Assembly (NCBI GenBank): GCA_036172245.1
Contig: JAYWIR010000006.1
Location: 1,488,001-1,552,000, forward strand
DNA: 64,000 nucleotides
DNA from: Raillietiella orientalis
Taxonomy: Eukaryota
Direction of reading: 5' to 3'
In this document: piece by piece, positions 1 to 13,020 of the stretch
Numbering within the stretch: position 1 is the stretch's first letter
Layout: each line of letters starts with the position of its first letter
Position numbers and translations under genes: made by a program
The notes under the pieces: model-generated
Seen by the model: only the letters and a program-made list of their open reading frames with translations
Database searches by the model: none
What the model was told of the DNA's origin: nothing

Positions 1-229
1 AAAAGGAAAAAAAAAAGAGGGAGAGAGAGAGAAAAAAACATAGCTGCTTTCGTTGACTCCGAGTCGACCACCTAAAGTACGAGATGCATCAAAAGTGGGC
101 GTCGTTACCATTTTCGTCTCATCTCTAAACGTGGCAGCTGAGTTCATGTACCCTACGCGATGATGCTAATCATTATTAAAGCCTGTTGTTTTTAGTTTAA
201 TTTGGTCCGCCATTATTCATCTAAGAGGA

Positions 230-565
230 GCGGAACCACAGATTTTGACTTCGAACGTCGGATGTGAACCAGATTATGGCAGCATGATGACAGCGGGGAA
301 GCTGAATGCCCATCTCGTGTGCCCTTCAGCGAATTTTAATTAACGTTTGAATGAAATTGGAAATCTCTTATGGCGGCGACCTGCGCATCCGGTGGTGGCT
401 GAGGGGAAAGAGCACGAGAAAAAGACACATTCGCCGCGGGAGCGAACTGGACGTGGCTCGATTATGGACGTGCTGTCTGGCATTAATAATACGAGAGCGA
501 AGGGAAGCCGCGACAGCCTCTCCAGGGTCATCCACATCACGTCTTTGAACGCTCCATGGCTCTGA
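230..565 (+). pseudogene. Possible laminin IV (Laminin_B)-like domain fragment, frameshifted
   Basis: Ordered motifs across frames: PSANF..EISYGGDLR (cf. P.kFLGn.l.SYGG.L), ANWT, IMDVLSG plus ALIIR (cf. fm.vLs.l.allIRA), SRVIHITSL (cf. srls.VsL). The central part of the domain appears to be missing. Confidence 0.35.
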
Positions 566-879
566 GGGCTTCCACGAGATATCAGGATCGCAAACGATGG
601 AGAAAGACCATGCCTCCCCCCCTCCCCTCCTCCCAACGAGGAGAAGAAGAAGGAAAGCCGCTTTGTTGTTGACCTCTCCGGAGAGATCCGAAAAGGCGCG
701 GTTCAAGTAGAGAAGCTTCGGTTCGCGAGAATCCCGGTTTCCACAAGACGACGGCCCGCAGCTTCGCTCTCGGGCCGCCGCTCCCGATGCCGGAAACTCC
801 TCTCTTCAACTCCAAGGATTCGCCGCGCTCGCCGGACCGGCGAATCTGGAGCTGCCGCGTAGCCAATGACGATCACCTC

Positions 880-3800
880 GCCTCTTTGAAAGGTGAGCGG
901 TTGGAAGAACCGAAGGATGCTGGCATGATCCGCCGCACCTTGTCACTCTTCCCATCCTGAGGAAGAAGGACGCGTCTCGATCCCTGCCGAGCAAGGCTGA
1001 AGGCGTCGCACGTTACCACGTTGCCGTCCTTCGCTTGCGTACCTCGGAGAAACGGTGACGGAGGAACGCGTAAATCACAGTCCTCCGGAGAGATCCTATG
1101 AGAACATCGACCCGTTCTTGTGCCGGGATCCGCAATACAGATTCAGGTGGAATCCTGTCCTTGGTCGGTGTATTCACCGGGGACATCATCCTCTGCGGCC
1201 TTCCTCTACCTGGAAGATGGAAACGCGACCATTCGGGGAGCTTCTCTCCCTCTGCTTGTTGCCGGCTTCTGTGCGACGGGTGTGCAGGTGCAGGCGAGGA
1301 GGACTAGAGAGAGGTTTCCACGCAGGGGACCCTGGAGTTTCCCGGAGGAATTGGAGATGCAGGATTAGCGTCGTTCCGCCATGATTTATGATCGCGTCGG
1401 GTCGCGTTGCTACGACGGAGGCGGGCCGCCATTGCCGCACGGGAACGCGCGGGGGCAGCTGCCAAGCATTGTTGCACGCCGGATGTCGTCGTCGTGCGCT
1501 TGGCATTGTTGCACTCATTGTCTCTCTCCTCCCTCATTGAGGTGCGTGCGAAAAGGGCGAGCCTTCTCCAGGTGCCTTCCCGCTCACGAAGAGGCTGGCG
1601 ATGGAAGAGACTCTCCCGTCGTCTGCTCCTCGGGACTGTCCAGTTACCGTTCCTTTGCTCCTTCCTCCTTCTCCTCGCCTTCCAGCTCCCCTCCTCTGCT
1701 CTCCTCGGAGATCACGGCCTCGGCCGTGGAGTTGCAGGGGTGGGCGGCAGAAGCTCCCGAAGGTGTGGGTGGGCTTCCGGGAGCTTCCCGCACATTTCGG
1801 AGCGATGTTGCGGGAGCCCCGCATGACGAACAGCCGGAGGGAAGAGCCTGAAAGAGGAGGGCAGGTAGCCTTGAGTCAGAGGATCGCCTGCCGTTCCGCC
1901 GCGCTGCGGTCGGGACAGAACACCCCCTCTCCCGTCTTCCCCGCTGCGCTTCCGCCGCGCTCCCGCGAAGGCCATCCGCGGAGCGCGACTCCGAAAGGAA
2001 AGGGGAGAGGGGGGAGTCCGGGAAACCCGCGAGCGTCCGGCTCTCGCGCAACGTGCTGCTAACGAGGGAGGCCGTAAATTTTCCCGAACCGATGGGGCGC
2101 GCGTCACTTGGGGCCGTGCTAGGGTCGTGTCAACTCCGGATCTGTCCGTCTTCCGCTCGCGACTACGGGCCGCATCCGGCGCAGGGACCTCCCAGTCAGC
2201 CCCGCAGCTCGGCTCGCCTCTCGGGGTCTGTGCTCCGAGAGTGCGATAGGGGGCAGCCGGTCCTCCCGGAGGAGCGACCGAGCGTTGCTGCTGGATGGAG
2301 ATTACGGGATCGGCGCATCCCCTCGCGGATTCCCCTTTCCTACTCGCCTGCGCGCGTCCCGTGGGAGGAGGAACCGAGGAAGGATAAAGGGGAGAGGAGT
2401 TCGTCTCGCAGCGTTCGAGGAAAGAAGGAAGGGAAGCTTGCCTGGAGTCGCGCGCGTTTCCATGGGAGCCGTTCCATCTGCTGCACAGCAACCTCTGGTG
2501 TGGCGTGGGTCGCAAGTGCATGCTCCCTTACCCTCGCGGGTCGCCCGCGCCTCCGGACTTCGGAGCGAAAGGAGGGCGACCCCTCCCGCGCGGGCCGTGG
2601 TAGCCCATTCGGGAATGCGGCGGGGAAGCATCCCGGACCGGGGGAGGGCAGCAGGAAGGACGGATCCCTCGAGGACTGCCACAGTGGTGGCTCGCTGGTG
2701 GGGAAGCATCCTGCACTCTGGTGCTTCCGCGACCAGTCCCGCCGCTCCTCGGTTCTACGGCCACGACTCAACTATCGGCCTTCTCCGTGCGCCTCCTGGA
2801 GGCGGGATCGCCATCTCCTTTTGCGAGCGGGCCTCGGTCCCCGCGGGGCTCCACAGGACTTGCCACTCGGGAAAGTCGGAGTCTTCATCTCGTAGGGCGA
2901 GGTGAGAGGCGGAAACAAAGTAGGGGCGTCCTAGGTGCTCCACGCTGCGGTCCTCTAGGAGGGCGAGGAACCTGACCCAGGAAGCAGACCGGCGCCTTTC
3001 TGAATGTGGTGGGATGGAAGTGCGTGCATACGCGCCGGTCCCCTCTGGAGAAGTGGGGCGAGGAGGGTCGGGGTGAAGGGACCCAGCGGGTGAGCGATGT
3101 GGAGAAGGGAGGGGAAAGCTGTTCAAGAAGCACGCGCTCCCTCGTGACAGCGGGTTGACCCTCAAGAGCCCCCATCCGATTTGGGGTCGGATGGGGACGC
3201 TTGGATTTCCGAAGAGCACGGAGAGCCGCACCCTTTGACCCTCGAATGGCCAGCCCTCGGTCGCGAGGACTTGCTGAGGCCTCCCCTCTTCCCCTTCTGC
3301 CCCTTCTCCCGCGCGGCTGCTGCTGCCATTGCAGAGGCTCCGAGGAAGAAACGCCTACGGGGGAAGCGGAGTTTCAGGGATGCGGCGGATGGCTGCGGGC
3401 AGGAGAAGGGTGCCGCCCGGCGTCAATTGTCTTGTGGGAGTGGGAAGCCGGGAGTCGGGTAGGTCATCCGTTTTTCAGCCCCGAATCGAAAGTCATCATC
3501 TTCCAGATGGCCTCAGGTGCTCCTCTCGCAGTGGCGCCGTCGGGTCTTCTTTCAGGCGCGCGCCCATTCGTTCTGGAGAGTGCCGGGAGTCGCGTTTGGC
3601 GTCACCGTTGATGGCCCAGGCTGGTGCGGACAGGAGGATGAGGGATTCGAATAGTTGGGGCAACTAGAAGGCGCCATCACCGCGGGTCGCTTTCCACCAG
3701 GGAAGAAAAGGGGGAAGGATAGGGAGAGGGTCTGAACTTCCTTCCCTGTCTGCCCACCCACCCCTCCTTCCGTCTCCATCCTGCAGCGAACGCGCGCATG

Positions 3801-4450
3801 GCTGCAGGGCAGCAGGGGCAGCTGCCGGGAGCGGTCGGCGTGGCCTCTATGTCGCCGTCGAAGCGGAGGGAAGGGAGGAGGGAGGCGGGGCAGAACTAGA
3901 TGGCAGAACCGTCGGCGATGGACGCCCCTATCAGCAGATTTCCGAAATTGATGGACGCGAATGGGGGAAACCATGACGACGAGAGTTGGAAAGGAAACAT
4001 CGGAGAGTTCAGAATCCATCCACTCTAGATTCGTCAGCAGGGAGGCGGGGAGGGAGAGAAAATGCGCCCTCGAAGGCCGGGATGCATCGGGACTCACGGA
4101 GCTCGGGGCCGTTAGTGCCGGCAGCGGCGAGAAACCTCCGTTGCATCGCAACCTCGGCGGCACGGAACAAAACGAGAAGCTCCGAAAGAGGAGGAGGAGG
4201 AGGGGGGCAGCAACTAAAGCCGCCGGATCGACCCACCGGGTGTGACACATGGGAACGGCTCTTCGCGCGAGCAAGCGCACCGGGAGCTTCGCCCCCGCAC
4301 ACCTGCGTTCTGACGGCAGAGGCGCTCCCGAAGACGGGAAGCACCGCACAACATCCGCTGCAGGTCGGCTGCTGCTTCTTCTGCCGATACTCCTGCTGTC
4401 CCACCTCGCTCTCGAGCACTGCTTCCTGAAAGGGGAAGCCCTCTTTTTTC
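880..4450 (+). mobile_element. Decayed L1/Tx1-clade LINE ORF2, near full length (APE-RT-zinc finger)
   Basis: NIDPFL, GHHPL and RRGPWSF (APE C-terminus, ~1100-1350); GKHPGPGEG (~2620, cf. KSPGPDG); RLNYRP (~2770); DFRRA (~3204); REDLLRPPLF (cf. RQG.PLSP.LF); HTCVL..QHPLQVGC near 4300-4370. Confidence 0.7.
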
Positions 4451-4539
4451 TATTTGACAAACCTCTTTCTCCCTATTTCCCTTCCCCCCTATTCTTGCCC
4501 GAAAGTCCGCAAGGAGCAGCCGGCGGCGGCCGCCTCAGA

Positions 4540-5760
4540 ACGAACTGACAGGCCCGTCAATCCGGTGGGGGCGCCAACGCGGTCAGGGCGGCGCGTTTGG
4601 TCAGGAACACGCTGAGCCACTCCGGGCGGTTGAGGAAGAAAACTGCCTGGGGGACCGTCCTCCTGACATCCTGGTCCCGTCCTTGGTGACGTCACGACCA
4701 CATGACGGAGGATCATTCGGAAACGAAAGCGAAAGCGTGCTATCTCCTCCTCAGGGGGAGGAGGCCATGACCACGACCACTTGGCTCATTCCCCGTTGTA
4801 GCGCCTGCGTCGGACCTACTGCAGAGTAGGAGGCCCGAGCGCGGTGCCTGACAGACGTCTCTGGTGCGCCATCCCTCGAGAGAGCGGTTAAGAGGGACCG
4901 AGAAAGACGCCCTCTAGCAGTGTCCTCGCTTCTTCTTGCGACGAAGCCCAGGAGCGATATCTCACCTCACTGCAGGCACCCCCTTTCCGCAGGACTGCCC
5001 CACACGGAAAACCCCATGGGGACGTCTCCGAATCGCTGCAGGAGGGGAGATTACCTTGCGAGTGGCCTCAGGAACGCGCCCCTCCTTTTGCGGTGGGCGC
5101 GCCTCGCCGGCGGTGGCGCTGTCCGGCCTTATTCACAGAGCGCGGTCGCTGTCTACGGTCTCAACCGGGAAAGCGCCAATAGCCTGACCAGGGCTCCGCC
5201 TCGCTGGAATCGACCTGCCGCACCCACCCTTCCCTTCCTCTCGCCCTTGCGAGAAGGGGAAGGGAGATGAAGGCAAGTTTCTCTTCTTCGCGAGGCCACT
5301 GCGTATAACCCTCTCCCCTTCTGTGTCTCCTTCAGCCGGATTCCACAGCCTCCCCGCCGCTCACAGACTTCAAGTTCCGCGCGCCACCGAGGAGGTCGCA
5401 GCCGTCGCTTCTCTCAGAGAGCTCCCTTCTCAGGAGCTACGGAGGTGGGCATTCTCCCTCTCCCCCCTCCAGCTTCCTCTCCTCGTTTCTGCTACTGCCG
5501 TTTCGTTATCCTAGTGCAAAAATGGGTGCAAAAGATGGGGAGGAGAGGAAGAAGACAGTGCGGGCTGTCGATCAGGTCGGATGCCACGGTTGAATTCTCC
5601 CTGATCCCTTCCGATCCGCACGCCGGCGTGAACAGGCAACAATACTCTCGGCGAGTCCACCTGCCTCCGCTCGCGGGAGGTGCCGACCGCATGCGGGGAA
5701 GGGGGGGGGGAGGTGTAAGCGTCCTTAGCAACGACGCGTCGACGTCGAGCGTCTCTGTTG
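4540..5760 (-). mobile_element. LINE ORF2 fragment (APE to RT start)
   Basis: GEFN-type (GDFN) motif near 5590; GPGCQEDGPPGSFL near 4640-4680 (cf. SPG.DG.P.EF). Confidence 0.5.
5570..5750. repeat. Dispersed direct repeat, homologous to 7590-7775
   Basis: caacaatactctcggcgagtccacctgcctccgctcgcgggaggtgcc versus caacaatgctctcggtgagtccacctgcgctcgcgggaggtgcc; shared ggttgaattc and aagcgtcc..agc.acgacgcg. Confidence 0.85.
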
Positions 5761-5779
5761 AGCAGGGGCCGGATGGCTC

Positions 5780-6950
5780 GTGGGGCCGCCTGGCCAGTGC
5801 CCCCGCTGCGATCCCAGCGTGTCGCCTATGCGGATGGCATCGCGCATCGGGGCCATGGCCTCCGCGAAGGTGGACGTCGCCAGCTGCTTCCCCTTGAGCG
5901 GAGATCAGATTGCCCGCCTCCGTAGCGACCCTCTCCCTGCGTGGATGTCGCTTCGGAGGCCCTCTTGTCCCGATCTGCAGGGGAGTGGAGCCCCCATCCC
6001 ATCCCGAACATGGGTTCGCGTGCGTCACGACAGCTGCCGTCGGCAGTGTCCTCTGCTATGGCAGATGACCTTCATGGTAGCGCTGGGAAAAGGGAGGGTT
6101 AGCAATGGGCAACAGAGATGTGCGGGCTGCTTGTCTGCTCTGCTCTTCGCATCAGGGAGAAGAGCTAGGAAGACTCCAGGCGTGTCGGCGAGCGAAAGGA
6201 AGGCGTGTAGGGAGTCCGGGCCGCGGCGCAAGATGGCTGCCGTTCTATTTTTAGCCGTTCCCACGGATGGCAACCGAAGACGCCGAGACGATGGCGGCGG
6301 AGAAGGGGAGAGTGGGATGCGCCTCTCCTCCCCTTCTCTTGCGAATTTCCCGAAAATCCAGAGACTGAGATACACGACCTTATCCCCCCGAAGCTCCGCT
6401 CCTGTAGCGCGAAAGTCCAAGAAGAATCCTCACAGAGGTCATGGGGCTCGGCGAACTGGAAAAGGGGATCTGAGCTCTTCCTGTTGGGTCTTCTTTTTCG
6501 AGATGCCGCCAGCGCCTCTGAAGGGTTCTTCCGAAAGCGAAAGTTTCTGTGAAAACCGCCCTTCTTCTCTTCCATTGTTTCGCTTTTGCCCTGCTCCCGC
6601 CCGCCTTCCCGCACACTCTTCGAGGGGGCGTGGTCTGTGACTCCCTTCTTCCTCCATCTCTCTCCCAACTTTCGGCGCCTCCAGAATGATCTTCCCTAAG
6701 TCCTTCCTTGTCTCCTCATTGTGGGCTCAACTTGGGCCGTTCAGCACCTAAGATGAGCTACAAGGTCAACCTCCCCCCCCCCAACCTGCTTTCTCCTCTC
6801 CGAAAAAAGAGAGGGGCGGGGGGCGGTGAAAAATAGACCCTCCTTTTCCCGGAGTGAGCCAGTTTGCCAGGAGGATTCTCTCCTGACCCTCTTTTCCACC
6901 CGGACTCCGAGAAAGGTCACCTGCAGAGCCCGCCTTCCCTTGCTGCGCCG
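5780..6950 (+). mobile_element. LINE RT fragment
   Basis: RHDSCRRQCPLLWQMTFMVAL (cf. RGVRQGCPL.P.LF..AL), FLAVPTDG (YADD position), SGMRL (SG..N position). Confidence 0.6.
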
Positions 6951-7950
6951 CCGCCGCGGGGGTCTTCCGCGCGCGCGGATTGCGTGCGAGCCGACTCGAC
7001 GCGGGATCACCGCCGCGCTCTCCTCTCGCATGCTCAAACAGCGGTTGCATGTCAAGAGCAGCGCTGCTCGGATCGCTCTCGGAAAGACATCGGTGCAGCC
7101 CCTAGCCCCAGTGGGGTGGGGACTGAATCTCGAGAAGCTCCCCCATCCTTCGCGGCAGGGCGCGCGCGCGCGTCCTGACGCGACGGCAGAGAAACGTCCC
7201 TTCGAAAGTCGCACGCGACGCAAAAGGTGCGCACTCGATCCGTACGCGCACATGCAGACGACCGGATAAGAGCACCTGGAGCGGAACGCTGCACGCGGTG
7301 TTTTTTTTTCTTTTTGTAACTCTGCACGAGAAGGATGTTTCGGCGTCTATTTATTCTCTCCTGCCCCCCTCCCCCTTTCCCCGTCCTCCCCCTTCCTTCG
7401 GTGTGCCGAACGGGAGGAAGCCAAGCCAAGTTCGTGCAGTAGTGCTTTTGCGATGTGCGTTTGCGTGGCTCTCACGAGAAAATGAATTACTCACTGTCCT
7501 TTTCCACCTGCAGCGCTGACTTCCCGCGATGATTTCGGGGGAGCGGGGTGCGTCCTTAAGGGCGACCGCACTTCGAGCGACCGCTCCGGTCGGGCTCGAC
7601 GCCCGGTTGAATTCGCCCGGAGGCCTCCCAGCTTGCGGGGGCGAGGGGAACCGCCGCCGCGCGCGCGCGCGCGCGGCCAACAATGCTCTCGGTGAGTCCA
7701 CCTGCGCTCGCGGGAGGTGCCCGCCGCACGGAGAGGGGGGAAGCGTCCCTAGCGACGACGCGCGTTGCCGTCGTCCAAACGCGCGCCTCCCGTGGGGAGC
7801 GCGCACGCGTTCGTGCAGGCGGTGGCGACCGCAGCAGCAACCACATCGGGCGTTCGTTGCCGAGGTGGCGGGAACGGAAGGAAGGAGGAGGAGGAGGCAC
7901 CAACTGCCTGCGGAATCTGTCGTGCGTTTCCAAAGATCACCGAGGCACGT
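6950..7950 (-). mobile_element. LINE APE endonuclease fragment, same family as 4540-5760
   Basis: GEFNRASSP motif at ~7590-7620; nucleotide homology to 5570-5750. Confidence 0.45.
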
Positions 7951-8199
7951 CTGCCAGCCGCGGGAAAGGGACGAGTTTGAACGAGTTTGTGAGCGTCGAC
8001 GCCAAAGAAAAAGAAAAAAAAAAAAACGAAAAACACACACACACAAACAAAACCTTCAGGAGCTGAAGAGGCTGTGGGAACCCTTGACGCATGCGAAACG
8101 AATTGCGCAGAGGAGCTCGAGGAAATCCCCAGTGCTGCATCTGCGCAAGGATCTCCGGCTTCAGAGGAGTCGACAACAACAACAATAACAAAAAAAAGA

Positions 8200-8770
8200 A
8201 AGAAAGAAAAAGCTCCGCAGGAGATGCTCTCAGGGTGGCAGACCTCCTGGCAGGCGTCCCGAAGGCTGGAATGGCATTCTGCGACGAGGAGCAAAAAGGA
8301 AGGACTGCTGGCTGGACATTTTCCGTTGATTGGATGGAGGTTGACAGCAGCCGGTTGCCGCCGCGTCTTCCTTAAGTTTCGTCTTCGCCTGTTTCCTCGA
8401 CGGGAGCACCTCTGAAGAGAGGGAGAACATCTTGTGCCACCCGCTCTGAGAGATTCCCCCAGCCCCGCGCGCTCTCCTCTCCTCTCCTCTCTCCGCAGTG
8501 ATGCGGGCAGGGACGCGCGGAGGGATGAAGAGAGAAAGCGGAGGCGCGTCCCAGTTGCCGTCGTCGGCGATGTGGCGGAGTGCCGTCGGAGATGGCGGCG
8601 GGAAGCCTTTCGCTGCGGTGAGTGCCAGAAGGCGATCCTTAGGCCTCCCCAGGGGTCAAGATCAGCGGCTCTTCTCCCTCGCCTCTCCCATTCCCTTGCT
8701 TCGTCAGGCTTGCTGGCAGTATCTACACGAGGAGAGGAGGAAGTGGTGCGTCTCTCCCTCGCCAAACGAT
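8200..8770 (-). mobile_element. LINE ORF2 3' fragment
   Basis: PWGGLRI (GGL motif) followed by ACQEVCHPES (zf-RVT-like). Confidence 0.45.
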
Positions 8771-9099
8771 ACTAAAATATATTTATATTAATTCATTAAT
8801 TAATATCAAAAATTATAAAACACAAAATATTAACTCCAAATTATTTCCTCCTTGGGAAAGGAGGGAGAAGAAGGCAGGAGGACGCGCGCTTTCGAAGGAG
8901 GAAGGAAGAGAGCCTGCAGTTTCCGCCGTCGTCTTCTTGTCCCTTTCTTCCTGGAGAAGGGGGGAAGAGTTGTCTCTCCACCTATGCACCATCTGCTGCT
9001 TGCAGGGAAAGAAGAGGGGGGGGGACACGACCACTCTGGCAGTGCGTGGGTGTTGGACAGAGCGGAGGCACCTGAGGCTGCGAGCACGCGAAGAAGAGC

Positions 9100-10900
9100 C
9101 AGGGAGAGAAAAGGGGAGGGGTCTCTCGAAGACCTCAGCAAAGGTCACTGCCACGGGAGCTTCGTCTGTGCCGGTGCATTGCCGATGGAACGGACGGGTA
9201 AGGTGGGGAGGGCCGGGCCTCCCCTTCCCGTTCCCATCCGTCAGGAGGTACCTTTCGTGCTGTTTATATGGCTCTGGTCCTCTCCCCTCTGCCCCCACCC
9301 TCATCCCTCCCAATGCTCGGCGACGGTCCTACTCAGAGGCTGCATCCTAGGAGCTCGGACCCTATCCTTCTCCCTGTCACAACAAACATTCCCTCCCTCC
9401 TTAGAAGGAAGGTGGGTAGGGAATGTTCCTTGGCTCCTACCCTTGCTGATCCGAGAGTCGCGGCGGCGACGGTGGAGACGACACTGAGGAAAAAGGCTCA
9501 TGCGCCCCGGAGGATCAGCAAGACGTTCACCCCCCCGCCGTGGAGGACACGAGCGCGGGAGTGAGGAAGCAGGTCGAGGTCAGGACGCCTCCCCCATCCG
9601 TCTGGATCCGGGGGAAGGGAGAAGGGAGACTCTCCCCGATGGATCTCTCGCTTCCCGGACGCTCTCCGGGACGTGTCATCGCTGAGGGAGAGGAAAAGGA
9701 GGAAGTGGACTATGCACCACGGGCGGCAGAGAGGGTCCGAGGGGGGCCCTCAGCACGAGTGTCGGCCTTGCACTGGGCGAGTCTCCAGGTACTCGAGCGG
9801 TGGCAGTTTCCTTCCCACCAGAGGTAGCGCCGAGCGCACGCGCGCCGTTCTCGTGGTCCCATTCGCTTCCTTCCCCCTTGTTCCGTCTTCGGGGGCTGCG
9901 CACCCCCTCGAATCGCCTCCGGGAAGCTCATCCGGGGCTCCCCACAGGGCACCCGTCGCGAGGGGTGCGGTAGGAGCAGGGCAGCTCGGTCCAGAGGATG
10001 CGACCACCCCCGAGCGAGGTAGGGGGATGAGGGCAAGGCCGAGGAGGCTCCCTATCGTTCCCCAATGGGGAGAACTGTCTCTGCCCCAGGGACAGCCGAG
10101 AGGACCCGTCCGAGGAGGCGCCGCGATGAGGTCGCGTCTCTGCTGACCTCGGCTCTTCAGGAGCGGTCCTCGTCACGGGGTCTGGGCATTCCGCCCCAAA
10201 GGATGTTCCAGATGCCTGCCATTTCGGGCCACGTCTCTTCCTCGAGGAAGGCGCCCGCAGCGGATGGAGCCGTCTTCTCCCGGGGGAAACCCTGCGGGTC
10301 GTTCTAGACTGCTCCCCTTCCCGAGGCGCGCCTTCGAGGAGGGAGAGCGCGCCGTCGCCTGGGTGGGAGAGACGAGCAGACTCGCGGGTGCGGGCTCTGG
10401 GCGAGAGGCATCCCAGGAACCTCCTCAGGGCAGGGTGGCACGGCCTCGGCAGGGGCAGGGTGCCCCTGGAGGCATCTTGTGGCCCGCCTCCCACGCGCTC
10501 CCCTCCTTCGCACGTCCCGCTTGTCTCCCCTCCCCCCTATCTTTGTGCGCGCCCTCTTCGGTACGGCCAAGCGAGAGGGGCGGGAGGGAATACCAGGGAG
10601 AGTTGCGTGTGCTCGTCACTCCGGGCGGCAGGTGACCCAGGCAGGAGTCATCCCGACCCAGGTCGCTCCCAGGTCTTGCCGCCTTTCTGCTACTAGCGCC
10701 CTCGGTGCCTGCTCGCCGCTGACGGGCGCCTCGCCCGACCTTTGCCGTCCCGAGCTGGAAGAGAGAGCCGGCTTCCCTCCACACCTGTCTCCAAGGAGAC
10801 TTCTTGAAGAGGGAGGCATCTCCCCGCACCCTTCCTCTTCCCAAGCGCCGTTAGGCGGCGGCACCTTGCGATAGCCGAACGCCTCGTCAGTTCCTGCTCC
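9100..10900 (+). mobile_element. LINE RT and C-terminal relic
   Basis: DLSKG (D..KAFD), VLLRGCILG..LSFSL (GV.QGC.L..LF), PQWGELSLP (GGL.LP). Confidence 0.55.
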
Positions 10901-10929
10901 TCTCCTCCTCCCTTCCTTCTTCCCACACC

Positions 10930-11970
10930 CCTGTTCCGCCGGGGTCAGTTGGGGTTCTCCACGGGCAGACTGGGGCTTTGGAGCTCCCTCAACCCCTCTC
11001 GAAGGGGGTCTCCCCCGCAGAGATCCCTACGTCACCATCGAGTCGAGGTCCGTTCCTCGGTTCTCCGCCTCTGGCGATGTCGCCACGAAAACGAGGAAGG
11101 GGGGACTCTGCGGACGTGGCTCCCTGCTTCGAGCTCAGGCCGTGCGGGGAGAAGACGTGTCCTCCCCCCGTCCTCCTCAAGGTCCACTGGACGCCCTGCC
11201 CTTCAGGACCTAACGATCCCGCTCTTGCCCGTCTCGGACACGCCTTCCGGGAAAGACCCGGTCAGGCTGCTGGAAGAGCGCGTCTCATTGGGAGGCGCCC
11301 CGTCGCTCCATTGGACGCAGTGGTCCCGGACGGTCGTCGCACAGCTGTCTGCCCTGAGGGCAAGAGATGACAGCAGCCAACCAGCGGGGTGCGAGTCGCC
11401 CTGCCGCTTGCAAGTCCTCGGCCCGGCTGCAGGACGAGCGAGCTGGCGGGGCGCCGCCGCTCCTCGTTCCCGGGAGAAGGGACTCCTTCGGTGGAGCGCG
11501 ACTTGCTTGGTGCGACCTCCAGAAGAACTCGCGGTCCCCTCCTCCCCTGTGTGTGGACACGACGGTGCTACCTCCGCGGTGGCTGTCTCTTCTGTTCCGA
11601 GGAATGCCAGTAAAACCGGAGCGGACAACTGGTTTCCAGAAGGGGGGGACGTTTCCTCACCTCCCGTTGAACTGCAGCGCCTTTGTGGACGGGTAGCGGC
11701 GGCGAATCGCTTCAGCGGTCCGGAGGACGCCTATTCGGGCCTGCTGCGACGCTTCTTCACGCAAGGCGGGCAGAAGACGGATGATGCGATCGCAACCACA
11801 TGTTGCATCGGCGGCATGGTGACAGCCACCCATGTGCTGGAGTCCCGTTCGCAGCGAACGGAGGAGGCCACGGGCATGGCAGCCGCCTTCCTGAGGACGG
11901 CTACCAGATGGCCTCATCTGCCGGAAGAGGCCATCAGCGAGAGCGCCACCTTACGCAGCCGCCTCTAGGA
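10930..11970 (+). mobile_element. LINE ORF2 3' half
   Basis: GRLGLWSSLNPSRRG (RL..W...LS..GR), VSLGGAPSL, TTCCIGGMVTATHVLES (zf-RVT remnant) within ORF 10949-11968. Confidence 0.55.
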
Positions 11971-12399
11971 AGGAAGGAGAGAAGAAAACCAGAGAGTCCT
12001 GTCCCTACCTTCCCATCTGCTTTTTTATTCATTTATTGTTCCCTCCCTCCGTTCCTTACTTTCTCAGAAGTCGTCCTACGTGCCGGTGGTCACTCCCAAT
12101 GAACTTCGCTCCTCCTTTTTTTTTTTTTTTTTTTTTTTTTAGCATTTCTTGTTTTTGAGGGAGATTCTTCTTCCCTCTTCCTTGCAGTTTCGTTTTTTCA
12201 AAATAAAACATCTCGGAGTCACCGGGCAGGAACCGTCGGTCCACGACTTCGCACGAACGGGCAGCGGAAGCGCCCTCGAAGAGGCGGCGGCGCAGCTGGG
12301 CCGGATGCCCTGCGGGGGTCTCCTCCCCGGAAGAGGAGGAGCTGTCGGTGTCCTCGACTGCGAGCGGGGACGTGGCCTCCCAGCGGTCCCGGGGAGCAC

Positions 12400-13020
12400 T
12401 CTCGCTGCTATCCCGGAAGCAACCCTGCAGAACGGCCGGTTGCCCGCGGGCGAGGACACCACTTCGCGAGCGTGGTTTCTCCCCGGTTTGCCACCTCCCT
12501 GGTATCGGGCGCTTCCGGGGAAGCGTGAGACTCGCTCAGCCGACCGTTTCCAGGGTACCGCGGTGCCTCTTCCAGACGGTCTGCGGGCACCTGACCTCGA
12601 AGGTCAAGGTTTTCCCTTCCTTCTCCTCGTCGATGAAGATCCACAGGATGCTCCTCCGCAGGCGAATTCCTGGTCGCTCCTGGACGGCGGCATCTTGAAC
12701 TTTCAACGCGTTTCCAGGAAGAACCACCTGACACCCCCATGATCACATCTCCCACTGTCGCAAACCATTGGGGTTTTTCGAGGGGCTCCGCACGTGCACA
12801 GATGGAACCCAGGGCCTGTCTGCCTGGCTCTTCCTTTTGGGTCATCACGGCGACCGCCGGCCGATGATGCGAAGGTGGCCTGTGCGGCGCCATCTTGCTC
12901 CTCTCTCGCGAATCGTTGGCTACAGGGGACCGACACAGAGTAGCCGGCTGCCGACGGATAGACGAGCGTCGAGAGCACCGACTGCGAGGTGGTGGGCAAG
13001 TAGCCCCCGGACACGCGATG
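12400..13020 (-). pseudogene. Possible D5-like SF3 helicase fragment (weak)
   Basis: ERPGIRLRRSILWIFIDEEKEGKTL resembles the Walker B region of D5 primase-helicases; upstream AAGYSVS; no clear Walker A. Confidence 0.2.
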
